In this document: one piece after another, positions 1 through 11,905 of the stretch
Numbering within the stretch: the stretch's first letter is position 1
How the letters are laid out: every line of letters starts with the position of its first letter
Assembly (NCBI GenBank): GCA_965242965.1
Contig: OZ251518.1
Span: 1,280,001-1,344,000, forward strand
DNA length: 64,000 bases
Direction of reading: 5' to 3'
DNA from: Candidatus Poribacteria bacterium
Lineage (GTDB): Bacteria; Poribacteria; WGA-4E; WGA-3G
Program-made: the position numbers and the translations under genes
Notes under the pieces: generated by a model
Told to the model about the DNA's origin: nothing
The model's database searches: none
What the model saw: only the letters and a program-made list of their open reading frames with translations

Positions 1-65
1 ATGCCTCGGTTGTCACAGAAAACGGCTTGAGTCTATCGGGCCTCGGGCATTTTTCGTTGGCTTGA

Positions 66-230
66 GGATCGCGGGGGACAGGCCCCCGCGCTACGGTGCA
101 TGTGAGGTTTGCGTTTCAACAGGCATCGCGGGGGAAACCCGCTCGGATGCGCGGATGGCATCCGAGGGCCCCCGCGCTACGGTGACGGTGAGGTTTGCTC
201 GCGGGGGATAGGCCCTGGTGCTACAATCAG
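66..230. repeat. Cluster of GTAG-type REP-like hairpins
   Basis: Copies of CGCGGGGGACAGGCCCCCGCGCTAC (reverse of GTAG+hairpin) and a longer variant carrying an internal CTCGGATG..CATCCGAG stem; same units recur across the window. Confidence 0.85.
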
Positions 231-1144
231 ACAGATGACGTAACCGCTTTCACAATCGCCTCCGCAACCACTTCCGCCGCAAGAATACCTACCGTGTTGA
301 CATCGCTTGGATGCGTGCCGATGGAGAGCGCGAAGAGCGTATCTCCATCAAACATTGTATGTGCCGGCCGAATGGCACGCGCGAGACCATCGTGCCCCAT
401 CTCTGCCACTTTCGTCGCTTCCGCAGGCGAGAGGACAGCGTTTGTCGCAATCACGCCAATCGTGGTGTTTGTTCCCGCGAAAAGTTCTGCCCCCAATAAT
501 CGTTCGGTAATATCCACGAATGCGCCGTTTTCCTTCGCGCCTGCCACAATCTCCCCGGTCTTCGGATGCACGACGTTACCGAGGGCATTCACCACTACAA
601 TCGCACCGACAAGGAGCCCATCGGGAAGTTGCCGACACGCTGAACCGACACCACCGGGAGATGCCTCTACATTGGGTGCCTTGCCAACGGTGGCACCTGT
701 GCCTGCACCGACAAGTCCCATCGGCACAGATTCGCCTGAGGCATTAAGGCAAGACTGATAACCCATTTGTTTGTCGGGACGCGCCTTCGCATCGCCTACC
801 CCTAAATCGAAAATGACGGCGGCAGGGACGATTGGAACACGCACGGACCCGGCCGGAAAACCGACGTTTCGTTCCTCAAGATATTGGACAACACCGCCCG
901 CGGCATCTAATCCAAAGGCACTGCCGCCGGTCAGCAAGACAGCGTGAACTTTTTGGACGAGGCGGCCAGGGCGAATCGCCTCCGTCTCTCGCGTACCAGG
1001 GGCGGCACCGCGCACGTCAACGCCTGCTGTCGCGCCTTCTTCGCAGAGGATGACGGTGCAACCTGTTCTGGCAGTGGGGTTGGTGGCGTGGCCGACTGTG
1101 ATGCCGTCGAGCGTGGTAAGGGTGTGATTCGTCGAAAATATCAT
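227..1144 (-). CDS. P1 family peptidase (DmpA/S58, L-aminopeptidase/D-esterase-like)
   Basis: Motifs TGCTV, GVDVRGAAPGTRET, LTGGSAFGL, GAGTGA, NTTIGVIATNA, HDGLARAIRPAHT.FDGDT. Confidence 0.9.
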   Translation of the reverse strand: MIFSTNHTLTTLDGITVGHATNPTARTGCTVILCEEGATAGVDVRGAAPGTRETEAIRPGRLVQKVHAVLLTGGSAFGLDAAGGVVQYLEERNVGFPAGSVRVPIVPAAVIFDLGVGDAKARPDKQMGYQSCLNASGESVPMGLVGAGTGATVGKAPNVEASPGGVGSACRQLPDGLLVGAIVVVNALGNVVHPKTGEIVAGAKENGAFVDITERLLGAELFAGTNTTIGVIATNAVLSPAEATKVAEMGHDGLARAIRPAHTMFDGDTLFALSIGTHPSDVNTVGILAAEVVAEAIVKAVTSSV

Positions 1145-1161
1145 GAGAATGGTGATATTGC

Positions 1162-1298
1162 ATTGAGACGCGGGAGGTCTCTCCTACTGCGCCTTCTGGG
1201 TAGGAGGGACATCCTTGTCCCGATTACGGTATTATTGCATCGAGACCAGGAGGTCTCGTCTACAGGAAGATGTCAAGCCCGGGAGGACGCTCCTATAT
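1162..1298. repeat. REP-like cluster (GAGACC/GGTCTC and GGGACA/TGTCCC hairpin types)
   Basis: GAGACGCGGGAGGTCTCTCCTAC, GTAGGAGGGACATCCTTGTCCCG, GAGACCAGGAGGTCTCGTCTAC. Confidence 0.8.
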
Positions 1299-3593
<2,295 letters not shown>

Positions 3594-3617
3594 GTTTTAT
3601 CCTTGTTCAATAGGTTT

Positions 3618-4478
3618 TCATTCGGATTCGGGAACGGGTAGGACGTGGCGTTCAACTTCGTGGACTTTGTCGGGGAAAGTCTCGCCGCGAATCCACATGA
3701 CAGGCTGTCCTCTACCCTTGCCCGATGCGGGATGTGCCCATTCCGCATGGGCACTGAGATAGTGTGAGACATAGCTGCGGCGAAACCGCAGGCTGTGGTT
3801 GTCCATGCTCTTATGCAGGAGGTGGCTGTGGAACCAGATGACTGCGCCGGGCTGCACTTCTACTGCAACCCCGTCTTCGTCGCGGACTCCGCGTGCCAGC
3901 TTGAACTCATTTTGTTGTGAACCGCCGATGTCATCGTGTTGAAAAATATCCCATTTGTGGCTGCCGGGAATAACATAGAGACAGCCGTTCTCCCTGTCTG
4001 CCGCGTCAATCGCAGTCCATGTCCCGACAGTCGTCTCTGTCTTAAACCGACTGCGGAAGTAGAACTTGTCTTGATGCCACGGGAAGCCGAGGCCAATCTT
4101 GGGTGCCTTCCAGATGAACAGATTGTTGATGCCGAGGATATCGGGACAGAGTAGATCTACGAGCGGGTCCGTTAACCTCGGGTCTCGCACCCGCGCAAGG
4201 AATTCTGGGCAGTAACAACTCGGATGATGAATCTTGTGCATCGCATAGATGCCTGACTCTGCCGCTTTCCCGTCTCTGACAAGTGCGTTCTGATCGATAT
4301 GCGCGGACGGAAACGGACGTTTGCCATCGACAATGGCTTCTGCGACTTGACGAAGTGCATCGTTTTCTGCAGCCGTGAATACATCCAAGCGAACGAGGTA
4401 ACCGTTCTCGTTCCACTGTGAAAGTTCGTCTGGGCTCAACGCAAACTGCCTGGTCTGCGGCGTTGATTTTGTGTGCAT
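3618..4478 (-). CDS. Phytanoyl-CoA dioxygenase (PhyH) family Fe(II)/2OG dioxygenase
   Basis: WHQD, ENGCL.VIPGSH, H...H.S..N.S...R motifs. Confidence 0.9.
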   Translation of the reverse strand: MHTKSTPQTRQFALSPDELSQWNENGYLVRLDVFTAAENDALRQVAEAIVDGKRPFPSAHIDQNALVRDGKAAESGIYAMHKIHHPSCYCPEFLARVRDPRLTDPLVDLLCPDILGINNLFIWKAPKIGLGFPWHQDKFYFRSRFKTETTVGTWTAIDAADRENGCLYVIPGSHKWDIFQHDDIGGSQQNEFKLARGVRDEDGVAVEVQPGAVIWFHSHLLHKSMDNHSLRFRRSYVSHYLSAHAEWAHPASGKGRGQPVMWIRGETFPDKVHEVERHVLPVPESE

Positions 4479-4624
4479 TTTTGTCTCCTGGTCTCCTGAA
4501 TTTTTCCGGTAGGCACGGTGGTTTGCCTTAAAGGCTGTGTAATTCGTATTCTATACCAGATCAAGATTAATGTCAATTCTTTTTCGTCGTCTCGCGCCGT
4601 GTCCTTCGCAGCGAAATTCGTGCC

Positions 4625-5335
4625 TTATACCCTCCATGTCTCTGTATACGTTTTCACGCCGATCATCAAATATGCGATGACCTGGGAGACCAGGGGGATG
4701 AGGAACATGCCAATTCCCAAGTTGAACGCGATTCCTTGCAATGCGGGGGGAGTCGCCAAGGCGACAACCAGAATCACTAAGGGCAGCAGGGATACCCCGG
4801 CTACCGTGCGGAAAATCCATTTGCGTTTATCGGTAAATTTGGAGATGCCCCAGGCCAGAGCTGCCAACCCTAGGGACATCACAAACACTGATGCCACTAG
4901 TATTACTCCAATGATGTCCAGATTCTCATCGGGAATGTCTATCCACCGAGCATAGGGAATGAGACTGATTAGTCCCGGTCCCAGGGGGGCGAGGATTATG
5001 CCCATCACCAACGCGACAGTACCAAAACAGGCGGCGGTGTCGGCAACGATGGCACCGTTCAGCACGCGGTTCAAATACACCAACCCAACCAACAGCAGAA
5101 GCCACCCCAGAGCACTCCCCGGGACGGTTATGAGGGAAAAGGCCTCAAAAATGTCGTATAGGTTAGGCAACGTGAGGAGACTCCACCACAACCCCGAGCC
5201 TACTGTCCAGAGGATTCCTCCCACTAGAATGCATAGTCCGACGATTTTGTTCGCTGTAAGAGGGTTCATTTCTGGAGTGATTTTGGATTTCTCTTTTCGC
5301 TCCATCACCATCGCCTCTGCATGCTCTTTTTTCAT
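4625..5335 (-). CDS. Hypothetical multi-pass membrane protein
   Basis: About 6 hydrophobic segments; start moved to ATG at 5335 (GGAG RBS) because the longer ORF reads through repeat DNA. Confidence 0.7.
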   Translation of the reverse strand: MKKEHAEAMVMERKEKSKITPEMNPLTANKIVGLCILVGGILWTVGSGLWWSLLTLPNLYDIFEAFSLITVPGSALGWLLLLVGLVYLNRVLNGAIVADTAACFGTVALVMGIILAPLGPGLISLIPYARWIDIPDENLDIIGVILVASVFVMSLGLAALAWGISKFTDKRKWIFRTVAGVSLLPLVILVVALATPPALQGIAFNLGIGMFLIPLVSQVIAYLMIGVKTYTETWRV

Positions 5336-5353
5336 GAAAATTCTCCGTGTTAG

Positions 5354-5645
5354 ATGAGGGTGTTTCATAATTCTAGAAACCGTCCGGTTACCGTAGCGCG
5401 GGGGCCTGTCCCCCGCGAACGTCCCGGTAGGAGAGACTTCCCGGTCTTGATGCAACATTAAGGTCCTACGGACCTGGATAGGGTGCAGCACGTTTTTCTA
5501 TAGACATTTAGGTCCTACGGACCTAGAAGAGGTTTTTGATAGACCGCAGCATGGCGAGGGACAGGCCCTCGCCCTACGGTGAAAGGGGGACGTTTCTCCT
5601 ACCGTAGCGCGGGGGCCTGTCCCCCGCGCTCTCGCCCGCGCCCTA
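5354..5645. repeat. REP-like composite cluster with left-end motif ATGAGGGTGTTTCATAA
   Basis: End motif 5354-5370, several GTAG hairpins and AGGTCCTACGGACCT units. Confidence 0.8.
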
Positions 5646-6629
5646 CGCGCCGTTTTGTGCCTGCGCGATATCCCGATACCGCCGCACTTCCACATCATCC
5701 GGCCTGCGTCGCAGCGTCTCCTCGTAATCCTGCAACGCGGCTCCATACCGTTGCATCGCGAAGTTTGCATGCGCGCGACCGAGGTATGCATCGACATCAT
5801 CCGAGTTTCGTGCGAGGGCTGCATCGTAATCGCGAACAGCAGCGGTGTAGTGCTGCAGGTGAAAGTGCGTCACGGCACGATTGAAATAGCCTTCACCGCG
5901 TTCGGGTTTCAGGCGGATAGCCGCGTCATAGTCCTGAAGCGCGGCGGTGTAGTCGCCGAGGGCATAGTAGAGGCTGCCCCGGTTGCAATGCGCCGCGGCG
6001 TAATCGGGTTTCAGGCGGATGGCGACATCGTAAGCGGCGATGGCGTTCTCGGCTTTTCCGATGTCCGTGAGGAGGGTGCCGAGGGAGAAAAAGGCATCGA
6101 TGGCGATTTCTTCTTCCGTGGGGACATGGATGTCCTTATTTTTTTCATCCAACCGTGCGATGGCTGCTTCTATCTCGGGGTCTTCCTCATGTTCCAATTC
6201 TAGGAGTTCCGGGAACAACTCTTCCATAGTTGGAACATTCTTTTCCTCATAGCGTATCATGAAACTTCCGACACATCCTTCTATAGGGGAAAAAGGATTG
6301 CCGAAATTGTCACCAACGGCCCACATGAGTTCCTCAATCATTGTAGAGAGTCGTTCGTATTCGTCCGCTGTCACTTCGGGATGGCGCAGACTGTTGTTCC
6401 GATTGGCGAGTTCGGTTAATAACTCTTGGATGCCGACGAGCCACGCGACGTAACTTTCCGCAGGTGCTACCTCTTCATCTGCGCGCTTCTTTTCCGGTAA
6501 GCACTCGCGTTCAAGCGGTGTCTGCGGTGCATGCCGCGGGATGAGCGGCTCTGGCAGACTCATGCGGATGGCCACAGGGAGCACCGGCACGGGGAATGCA
6601 GTGGGCATCGCTTGTGTAGGCGTTAACAT
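5643..6629 (-). CDS. HigA-like N-terminal helical domain fused to TPR repeats (putative antitoxin)
   Basis: TADEYERLSTMIEELMWAVGDNFGNPFSPI...RYEEKNVP resembles the toxin-binding N-domain of YgjM-type HigA; about 4 TPRs follow (AIAAYDVAIRLKPDYAAAHCNRG); directly downstream of higB. Confidence 0.7.
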   Translation of the reverse strand: MLTPTQAMPTAFPVPVLPVAIRMSLPEPLIPRHAPQTPLERECLPEKKRADEEVAPAESYVAWLVGIQELLTELANRNNSLRHPEVTADEYERLSTMIEELMWAVGDNFGNPFSPIEGCVGSFMIRYEEKNVPTMEELFPELLELEHEEDPEIEAAIARLDEKNKDIHVPTEEEIAIDAFFSLGTLLTDIGKAENAIAAYDVAIRLKPDYAAAHCNRGSLYYALGDYTAALQDYDAAIRLKPERGEGYFNRAVTHFHLQHYTAAVRDYDAALARNSDDVDAYLGRAHANFAMQRYGAALQDYEETLRRRPDDVEVRRYRDIAQAQNGA

Positions 6630-6635
6630 TGGGTT

Positions 6636-6977
6636 TTACCTCCTCCTTAACCACGCGGTATACTCGGCGTGCGTCAGCACGAGATGGATCCTCACCAACT
6701 GCAGTTCATATTGAATCTTTGCAATCAGGCGGGTTTTGTTACCGCCGATGTTGAAGACAGTGTAGTTGACTTCTTCCTTGACACGGCGGTTCTGGGGAGC
6801 AGAATAAACGAAATTTACTCTTTTCGCCAGATCGGCGTGTGGAAACACCTCGCGCACCTGATTCAGGGACCAGAAACTATTTTGCGTTACCAAATCACGC
6901 CAGCGATAAAGTCCCGGCTTGCTGTTTGGATGTCTTTGGGCAAAATTGTTGAGTTTTTCTAGAGAAATAATCTGCAT
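6636..6977 (-). CDS. higB: HigB family toxin (YgjN-type mRNA interferase)
   Basis: MQIIS..KL..F..RHP, VREVFPHAD, TVFNIGGNK.RLI..I.Y, VLTHAEY. Confidence 0.88.
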   Translation of the reverse strand: MQIISLEKLNNFAQRHPNSKPGLYRWRDLVTQNSFWSLNQVREVFPHADLAKRVNFVYSAPQNRRVKEEVNYTVFNIGGNKTRLIAKIQYELQLVRIHLVLTHAEYTAWLRRR

Positions 6978-7115
6978 CGGAAAACCAGTCCTATTCAAAA
7001 CGGCGCGCGACGGTTTAGCCGGCGATGCCCACTCTCGACACGACAGCAGGCACTTAACACCGGCACTTCAGTTAGGATACCACATCAAGAATTAATTTGC
7101 AAATGAAAAAATCAC

Positions 7116-7144
7116 TTGACTTCAAACACACGGCATGACATAAT
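7116..7144 (+). promoter_or_regulatory. Sigma70-like promoter of LamG gene
   Basis: TTGACT-17 nt-CATAAT with extended TG. Confidence 0.6.
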
Positions 7145-7216
7145 AAAAATGACCTGGGATTTCCGCGACACGGTGTCTCGGAAACCACCATCAATAACAA
7201 AAGGAGATTTGTAAAA

Positions 7217-8032
7217 ATGAGAAAAAACTGGGCGATTCTGCCTATTTTCGCACTGATGACATTAGGTTTCAGCCTCCTCCCACTCCAAGGTTTCACCGAA
7301 ATCGACAGCGCAACCGCTGTCGCTGTCTGGCTCTTCGACGACGGCAATGTCAGCGACTCCAGCGGTAATGGGAATGACGGTGAACTTGTGAACGGTGCCG
7401 AAATTGCTGATGGCGGCAAGTGGGGAAAGGCTCTCAGCCTTGATGGCGATGATGACTACGTCAAAGTTGCCACTTCGGCTAGCCTCGACAGCGCGAACGA
7501 GGAATACACCGGCGTTGCTTGGGTGAAGATCCAACGTAAAGGCGATCCGCACGGTTCTTGCTGTGCCGATGACCACATGATTATCGCCTATGCCGCGGGC
7601 TGGAAGAATATTTTGAACGTCTTCGGCCCCGGCAGAAGCGGTAACCAAGGGAAGGTTGAAGTCGGCAGCGGCGGCCTCGCACCGAGTTGGCTCTTCGGCG
7701 ATGAAACCGTCAATGATGATACCTGGCACCATCTCGCCTTCACTTATGATGGCGCGAAGAAAATTGTCTACATTGATGGCGAAGTTGACAAGGAGCAGGA
7801 TACTACCGGCACCTTTGACGCACTCGGGCTGGAAGTTAACCTGGGCGGCACGCCTGACCAGAGATGGGCACTCGGGCTGATAGACGAAATCGGCATGTTT
7901 AATGTCCCACTGGAACAAGCCGATATCCAACTGCTGATGAACGATGGACTCGGCTCCGTGCTGGGACTAACGCCTGTCTCGCCGCAAGGACGGCTGACAA
8001 CGGCATGGGCGACGATTAAGCAGGCGCGGTAG
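7217..8032 (+). CDS. Secreted LamG/concanavalin-like domain protein
   Basis: Signal peptide; VWLFDDG, GKWGKALSLDG, WHHLAFTYDG...YIDG, GLIDEI; tail VSPQGRLTTAWATIK; AAGGAG RBS. Confidence 0.88.
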   Translation: MRKNWAILPIFALMTLGFSLLPLQGFTEIDSATAVAVWLFDDGNVSDSSGNGNDGELVNGAEIADGGKWGKALSLDGDDDYVKVATSASLDSANEEYTGVAWVKIQRKGDPHGSCCADDHMIIAYAAGWKNILNVFGPGRSGNQGKVEVGSGGLAPSWLFGDETVNDDTWHHLAFTYDGAKKIVYIDGEVDKEQDTTGTFDALGLEVNLGGTPDQRWALGLIDEIGMFNVPLEQADIQLLMNDGLGSVLGLTPVSPQGRLTTAWATIKQAR

Positions 8033-8107
8033 GTTACGTTTCGGGTTCGCGGGCGGAGGCGACTGGCTCCGCCCGTTTTCCTAACGGTGCATCGATACGC
8101 GGGTATT

Positions 8108-8243
8108 GCATCGAGACCAGGAGGTCTCTCCTACCTCCCCTCTCTGTAGTTTGCGATCGCCTAATCGCAAATAGAGGGGTGCATCGAGACCGGGAGGTCT
8201 CTCCTACGGTATTGCATCAAGACCGGGAGGTCTCTCCTACTGT
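8108..8243. repeat. REP-like cluster
   Basis: Three GCATC(G/A)AGACC.GGAGGTCTCTCCTAC copies plus GTAGTTTGCGAT..ATCGCAAA. Confidence 0.8.
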
Positions 8244-8244
8244 A

Positions 8245-9390
8245 ATGAAATTTTTCATCAATTCCCTCACGTTACTCTTATGCATCTATGCGGGCATCGC
8301 GTTTGCATCGCCAGCGGCGCGGTTGTATGATGCCGGGCTGCGCGCGCTATCCCACGGCGAACAAGAAAAAGCCAAAATCGCGCTAGAAAACGCTGTCGCA
8401 CGGGATGTCTCGTTAGCGGACGCACACTGCGTGCTCGGATTAATTTATAGGGGCGCGGCGGAATTCCACGCCGTAGCCGAGGCGTTCCGATGCGCTATCA
8501 TCGCCGATGCCGACTACATCGAGGCATACTGCGAACTCGGCGATGTGCTGTTGATTCGGCTGGGACAAACCGATGGTGCCATTCGCGCGCTGCAGAAAGC
8601 GGTGGCATTAGATGAAGCGCATGCTCGCGCGCGAACGTTATTAGGCATCGCCTATTTTCGTGAAAACGAGACAGCCGCTGCGCTTCGCGAACTTCAGCGT
8701 GCAGTGCAATTGAACCCAACCTCACACACGGCGCACTACACGCTCGGGCTCGTGCATCTGCAAAAGGAGGCATGGGCATCGGCAATCGCCGTGTTCAAAC
8801 ACCTGCTTGAACTGGACCCGGGGCACGCCGAAGCGCATTTCAGTTTAGGGACAGCTTATCGGCGCATCGGCAAGATAGCGGCGGCGCAGGCGGCATTACA
8901 TCGCTTTGAAACGTTGTCCCTTGAAGCGGAACAACTCACGCATCTGAAGCGGTTCGCGCGCCAAGAACCTGCCAACGCGCAGGTGTGGTATCAACTCGGA
9001 CGGCTCCATCTCAAACGGCAGCAGTGGCATGAAGCGGCGCAGGCGTTGGAACGTTATGTCACCCTCGCGCCGGAGGAAACGCGCGGCTACGAAGCACTCG
9101 GTTTCCTCCATTTTCAACGGCAAAATTATCCGCAGGCGATGGCGATGTATCAGAACGTCATCCAGCGCAAACCGAACGTCGCCACCTATCGCAACGGCCT
9201 CGCCGGTGTCTACGTGATGCTGGAACGGTATCCTGAAGCGATTCAGCAATACCAGAACGCGATTCGTTTAAAGCCTTCCGAACCGCGGTTCTATCTGAAT
9301 CTTTCAAAAGCGTATCGCCTCGCCGGTGACGTTGCCGAGGCGGAGAAGGCCCAGGCAGAATATGAACGTCTCACGTCGCAATCTCAATAA
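8245..9390 (+). CDS. Secreted TPR-repeat protein
   Basis: Signal peptide MKFFINSLTLLL; about 9 TPR repeats; ORF extension upstream of 8245 is translated repeat DNA. Confidence 0.85.
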   Translation: MKFFINSLTLLLCIYAGIAFASPAARLYDAGLRALSHGEQEKAKIALENAVARDVSLADAHCVLGLIYRGAAEFHAVAEAFRCAIIADADYIEAYCELGDVLLIRLGQTDGAIRALQKAVALDEAHARARTLLGIAYFRENETAAALRELQRAVQLNPTSHTAHYTLGLVHLQKEAWASAIAVFKHLLELDPGHAEAHFSLGTAYRRIGKIAAAQAALHRFETLSLEAEQLTHLKRFARQEPANAQVWYQLGRLHLKRQQWHEAAQALERYVTLAPEETRGYEALGFLHFQRQNYPQAMAMYQNVIQRKPNVATYRNGLAGVYVMLERYPEAIQQYQNAIRLKPSEPRFYLNLSKAYRLAGDVAEAEKAQAEYERLTSQSQ

Positions 9391-10222
9391 ACCCGATGGA
9401 TACAGCCTAAACACCCTGGACGCGGTTTCAAACCGCGCTTACCGGAAGTGGCTCATTTTATTTTTCACCTTCTCATTCTTTTCCTGCCTACCGCGCGTGA
9501 TGGCAGAACCCGATATGCTCTTCATCCCTGCCGGCACCTTTACGATGGGGAGCGACGATGATAGCTTTCCGAACGAGGCACCCGCGCATAACATCTATCT
9601 AGATGCCTACTACATCGGCAAAACCGAAGTTACCAATGCCGAGTATTATCAATTTTGGCTGGCAGATGGCGGCGATGAAAGCGAACATACGCCCGTCAGT
9701 TATGGCGAGACATTCGGCGAGTGGCCCGCTATTGCGAAAACTAAGCCGAATTATCCTGTCGTCGGTGTTTCATGGAACGATGCAGTGGCGTATGCGGCGT
9801 GGATTGACAAACGGCTCCCCACCGAAGCGGAATGGGAGAAAGCGGCGCGCGGCACGGATGCACGCCGATGGCCGTGGGGCACTCAGTTTTCGCAGCCTGT
9901 CAAAGCGAACGTCTGGCATGCCAAAGATGGCTTTAAGCATCTCGCACCGGTAGGGCACTATCCAACGGGCGCGAGCCCTTACGGCGCGTTGGATATGGCT
10001 GGCAATGTCTGGGAATGGACAGCGGATTGGTATTCGGATACGTATTACCATCGAAGTGAAGGGCGAAATCCAAAGGGACCCGAGGCCGGCAGCAGGCGAG
10101 TCGTGCGCGGGGGTTCGTGGCTGAACCCGGCGCGGTTGTCTCGGTGCGCAACGCGAATTGGGCAATATCCAAAGAGTGGGACAAGTTTTATCGGTTTTCG
10201 TCTTGCGGCAGATGCGGATTAA
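9362..10222 (+). CDS. Formylglycine-generating-enzyme (SUMF1)-fold protein; start uncertain
   Basis: FTMGS, TEVTNAEY, PVV.VSW.DA, RLPTEAEWEKAARG, DMAGNVWEW, RGGSW, GFR. Confidence 0.85.
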   Translation: MNVSRRNLNKPDGYSLNTLDAVSNRAYRKWLILFFTFSFFSCLPRVMAEPDMLFIPAGTFTMGSDDDSFPNEAPAHNIYLDAYYIGKTEVTNAEYYQFWLADGGDESEHTPVSYGETFGEWPAIAKTKPNYPVVGVSWNDAVAYAAWIDKRLPTEAEWEKAARGTDARRWPWGTQFSQPVKANVWHAKDGFKHLAPVGHYPTGASPYGALDMAGNVWEWTADWYSDTYYHRSEGRNPKGPEAGSRRVVRGGSWLNPARLSRCATRIGQYPKSGTSFIGFRLAADAD

Positions 10223-10241
10223 CAGCCGACGGATATAAATC

Positions 10242-11888
10242 ATGAAAATTGCTTTTCTCATCCTGCTTACCTGCGGGATACCCTGTGTGTCTGCGAACGT
10301 GCAATTCGTTGATGTGACGATAGAAGCCGGCATTGACTTCAGACATGTCAACGGTGCCGAAGGGGACTATCATCTGCCTGAAACCCTCGGTGCCGGTGGT
10401 GCTTTTTTTGACGCGGATAACGATGGCGATTTGGACATTTATCTCGTTAACAGCGGGTATTGGCCTGGCTCAGCCGCCGCAGCGCAAAAGCACGCTGCAC
10501 TCTACCAAAACAATGGGGATGGGACGTTTACAGACATCACCGCCGCCGCAGGCGTGGGCAACCGGGGCAACTACGGACAAGGCGTTGCATGCGCCGATTA
10601 CGACAACGATGGCGACACAGAACTCTACGTTACTAATTTCGGACCGGATGTCCTTTATCGGAACAATGGCGATGGGACATTCACTGACATCACCGCGCAC
10701 GCCGGTATCAGTGATGCGGCGTGGAGCAGCAGTGCATGCTTTCTTGATTATGATAGGGACGGACACCTCGATCTGTTCGTCGTCAGTTATCTCGACTATT
10801 CGCTGGATGCCGCCTATCTGCCGTGCGGGGAAAACGCAACGCGCACTTACTGCCATCCCTCGCTATTTGAAGGCGCGCCGGATAAACTCTACCGCAATAA
10901 CGGTGACGGCACCTTCACCGATGTCAGTCAAGAAGCAGGCGTAGGCAACATCAGCGGGATGTTTCACGGGAAGGGGTTAGGCGTTGTCTCGGCAGACTTC
11001 AATAACGATGGCGCGCCAGATCTTTACGTAGCCAACGATGATACCCGCAACGACTTTTTCTATAACAACGGTGATGGCACGTTCAGCGAAATTTCGCTCC
11101 TCGCCGGGTGTGCCTATAGTTTTAACGGCGTAGCGCAAGCCGGCATGGGCATCGCCGCGGGCGATTACAACGGCGATGGCGCACTGGATATCTTCGTCAC
11201 GAATCTCTCCTACGAGACGAACGCGCTTTACCGCAACAACGGCGACGGCACCTTCACCGATGTGATTTATGAGGCGCGTCTCGGAAAAGAGAGTTATCTC
11301 TATGTCGGCTTCGGCACCGGGTTTTTAGATGCCGATAACGATGGCTGGCTCGATCTGTTCGTTGCGAATGGGCATATCATTGATAACATCGCCGAGACGC
11401 ACGATGTCCTCACCTACGCGCAACCAAACCAGCTCTTCCGCAATAAAGGCGATGGCACGTTTCAGGAAATCTCCGAGACTGCCGGCCCCTATTTTCAGCG
11501 CGCCCAAGTCAGCCGAGGGAGCATCTTTGGCGATTACGATAACGATGGCGATGTTGACATCCTCGTTACACAGTCAAATGGTTTCGCGACGTTGTTGCGA
11601 AATGAGAATGGGAATAAGCAGAATTGGCTGCGGATTAAACCCGTTGGCACGATTAGCAATCGCGATGGAATTGGCGCGCGCGTCCTTCTAGCGCAACAGA
11701 TTCGCGATGTCAATCCGTGCGCGAGTTATCTGAGTAGCCACGATGCGCGGTTGCACTTCGGGTTGGGCGAAAACACCAACGTGAATAGGCTGGAAATCCG
11801 TTGGCCGAGTGGCGTTGTGGATGTATACGAAAACCTGCCTGTCAATCAGGAGCACGTCCTCACCGAGTCATCTGAGCGTTCTCGCTAG
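10242..11888 (+). CDS. CRTAC1-family FG-GAP repeat protein with C-terminal ASPIC/UnbV domain
   Basis: Repeated D.DNDG..D and YRNNGDGTFTD; C-terminal NRDGIGARV...LHFGLG...IRWPSG. Confidence 0.9.
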   Translation: MKIAFLILLTCGIPCVSANVQFVDVTIEAGIDFRHVNGAEGDYHLPETLGAGGAFFDADNDGDLDIYLVNSGYWPGSAAAAQKHAALYQNNGDGTFTDITAAAGVGNRGNYGQGVACADYDNDGDTELYVTNFGPDVLYRNNGDGTFTDITAHAGISDAAWSSSACFLDYDRDGHLDLFVVSYLDYSLDAAYLPCGENATRTYCHPSLFEGAPDKLYRNNGDGTFTDVSQEAGVGNISGMFHGKGLGVVSADFNNDGAPDLYVANDDTRNDFFYNNGDGTFSEISLLAGCAYSFNGVAQAGMGIAAGDYNGDGALDIFVTNLSYETNALYRNNGDGTFTDVIYEARLGKESYLYVGFGTGFLDADNDGWLDLFVANGHIIDNIAETHDVLTYAQPNQLFRNKGDGTFQEISETAGPYFQRAQVSRGSIFGDYDNDGDVDILVTQSNGFATLLRNENGNKQNWLRIKPVGTISNRDGIGARVLLAQQIRDVNPCASYLSSHDARLHFGLGENTNVNRLEIRWPSGVVDVYENLPVNQEHVLTESSERSR

Positions 11889-11905
11889 GCCTTCCATTAC
11901 CTCGG

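Noticed and set aside
9362-10222. True sulfatase-maturating FGE for the nearby sulfatase
   Set aside because: The catalytic two-cysteine motif after RGGS is absent, so it is called FGE-fold only
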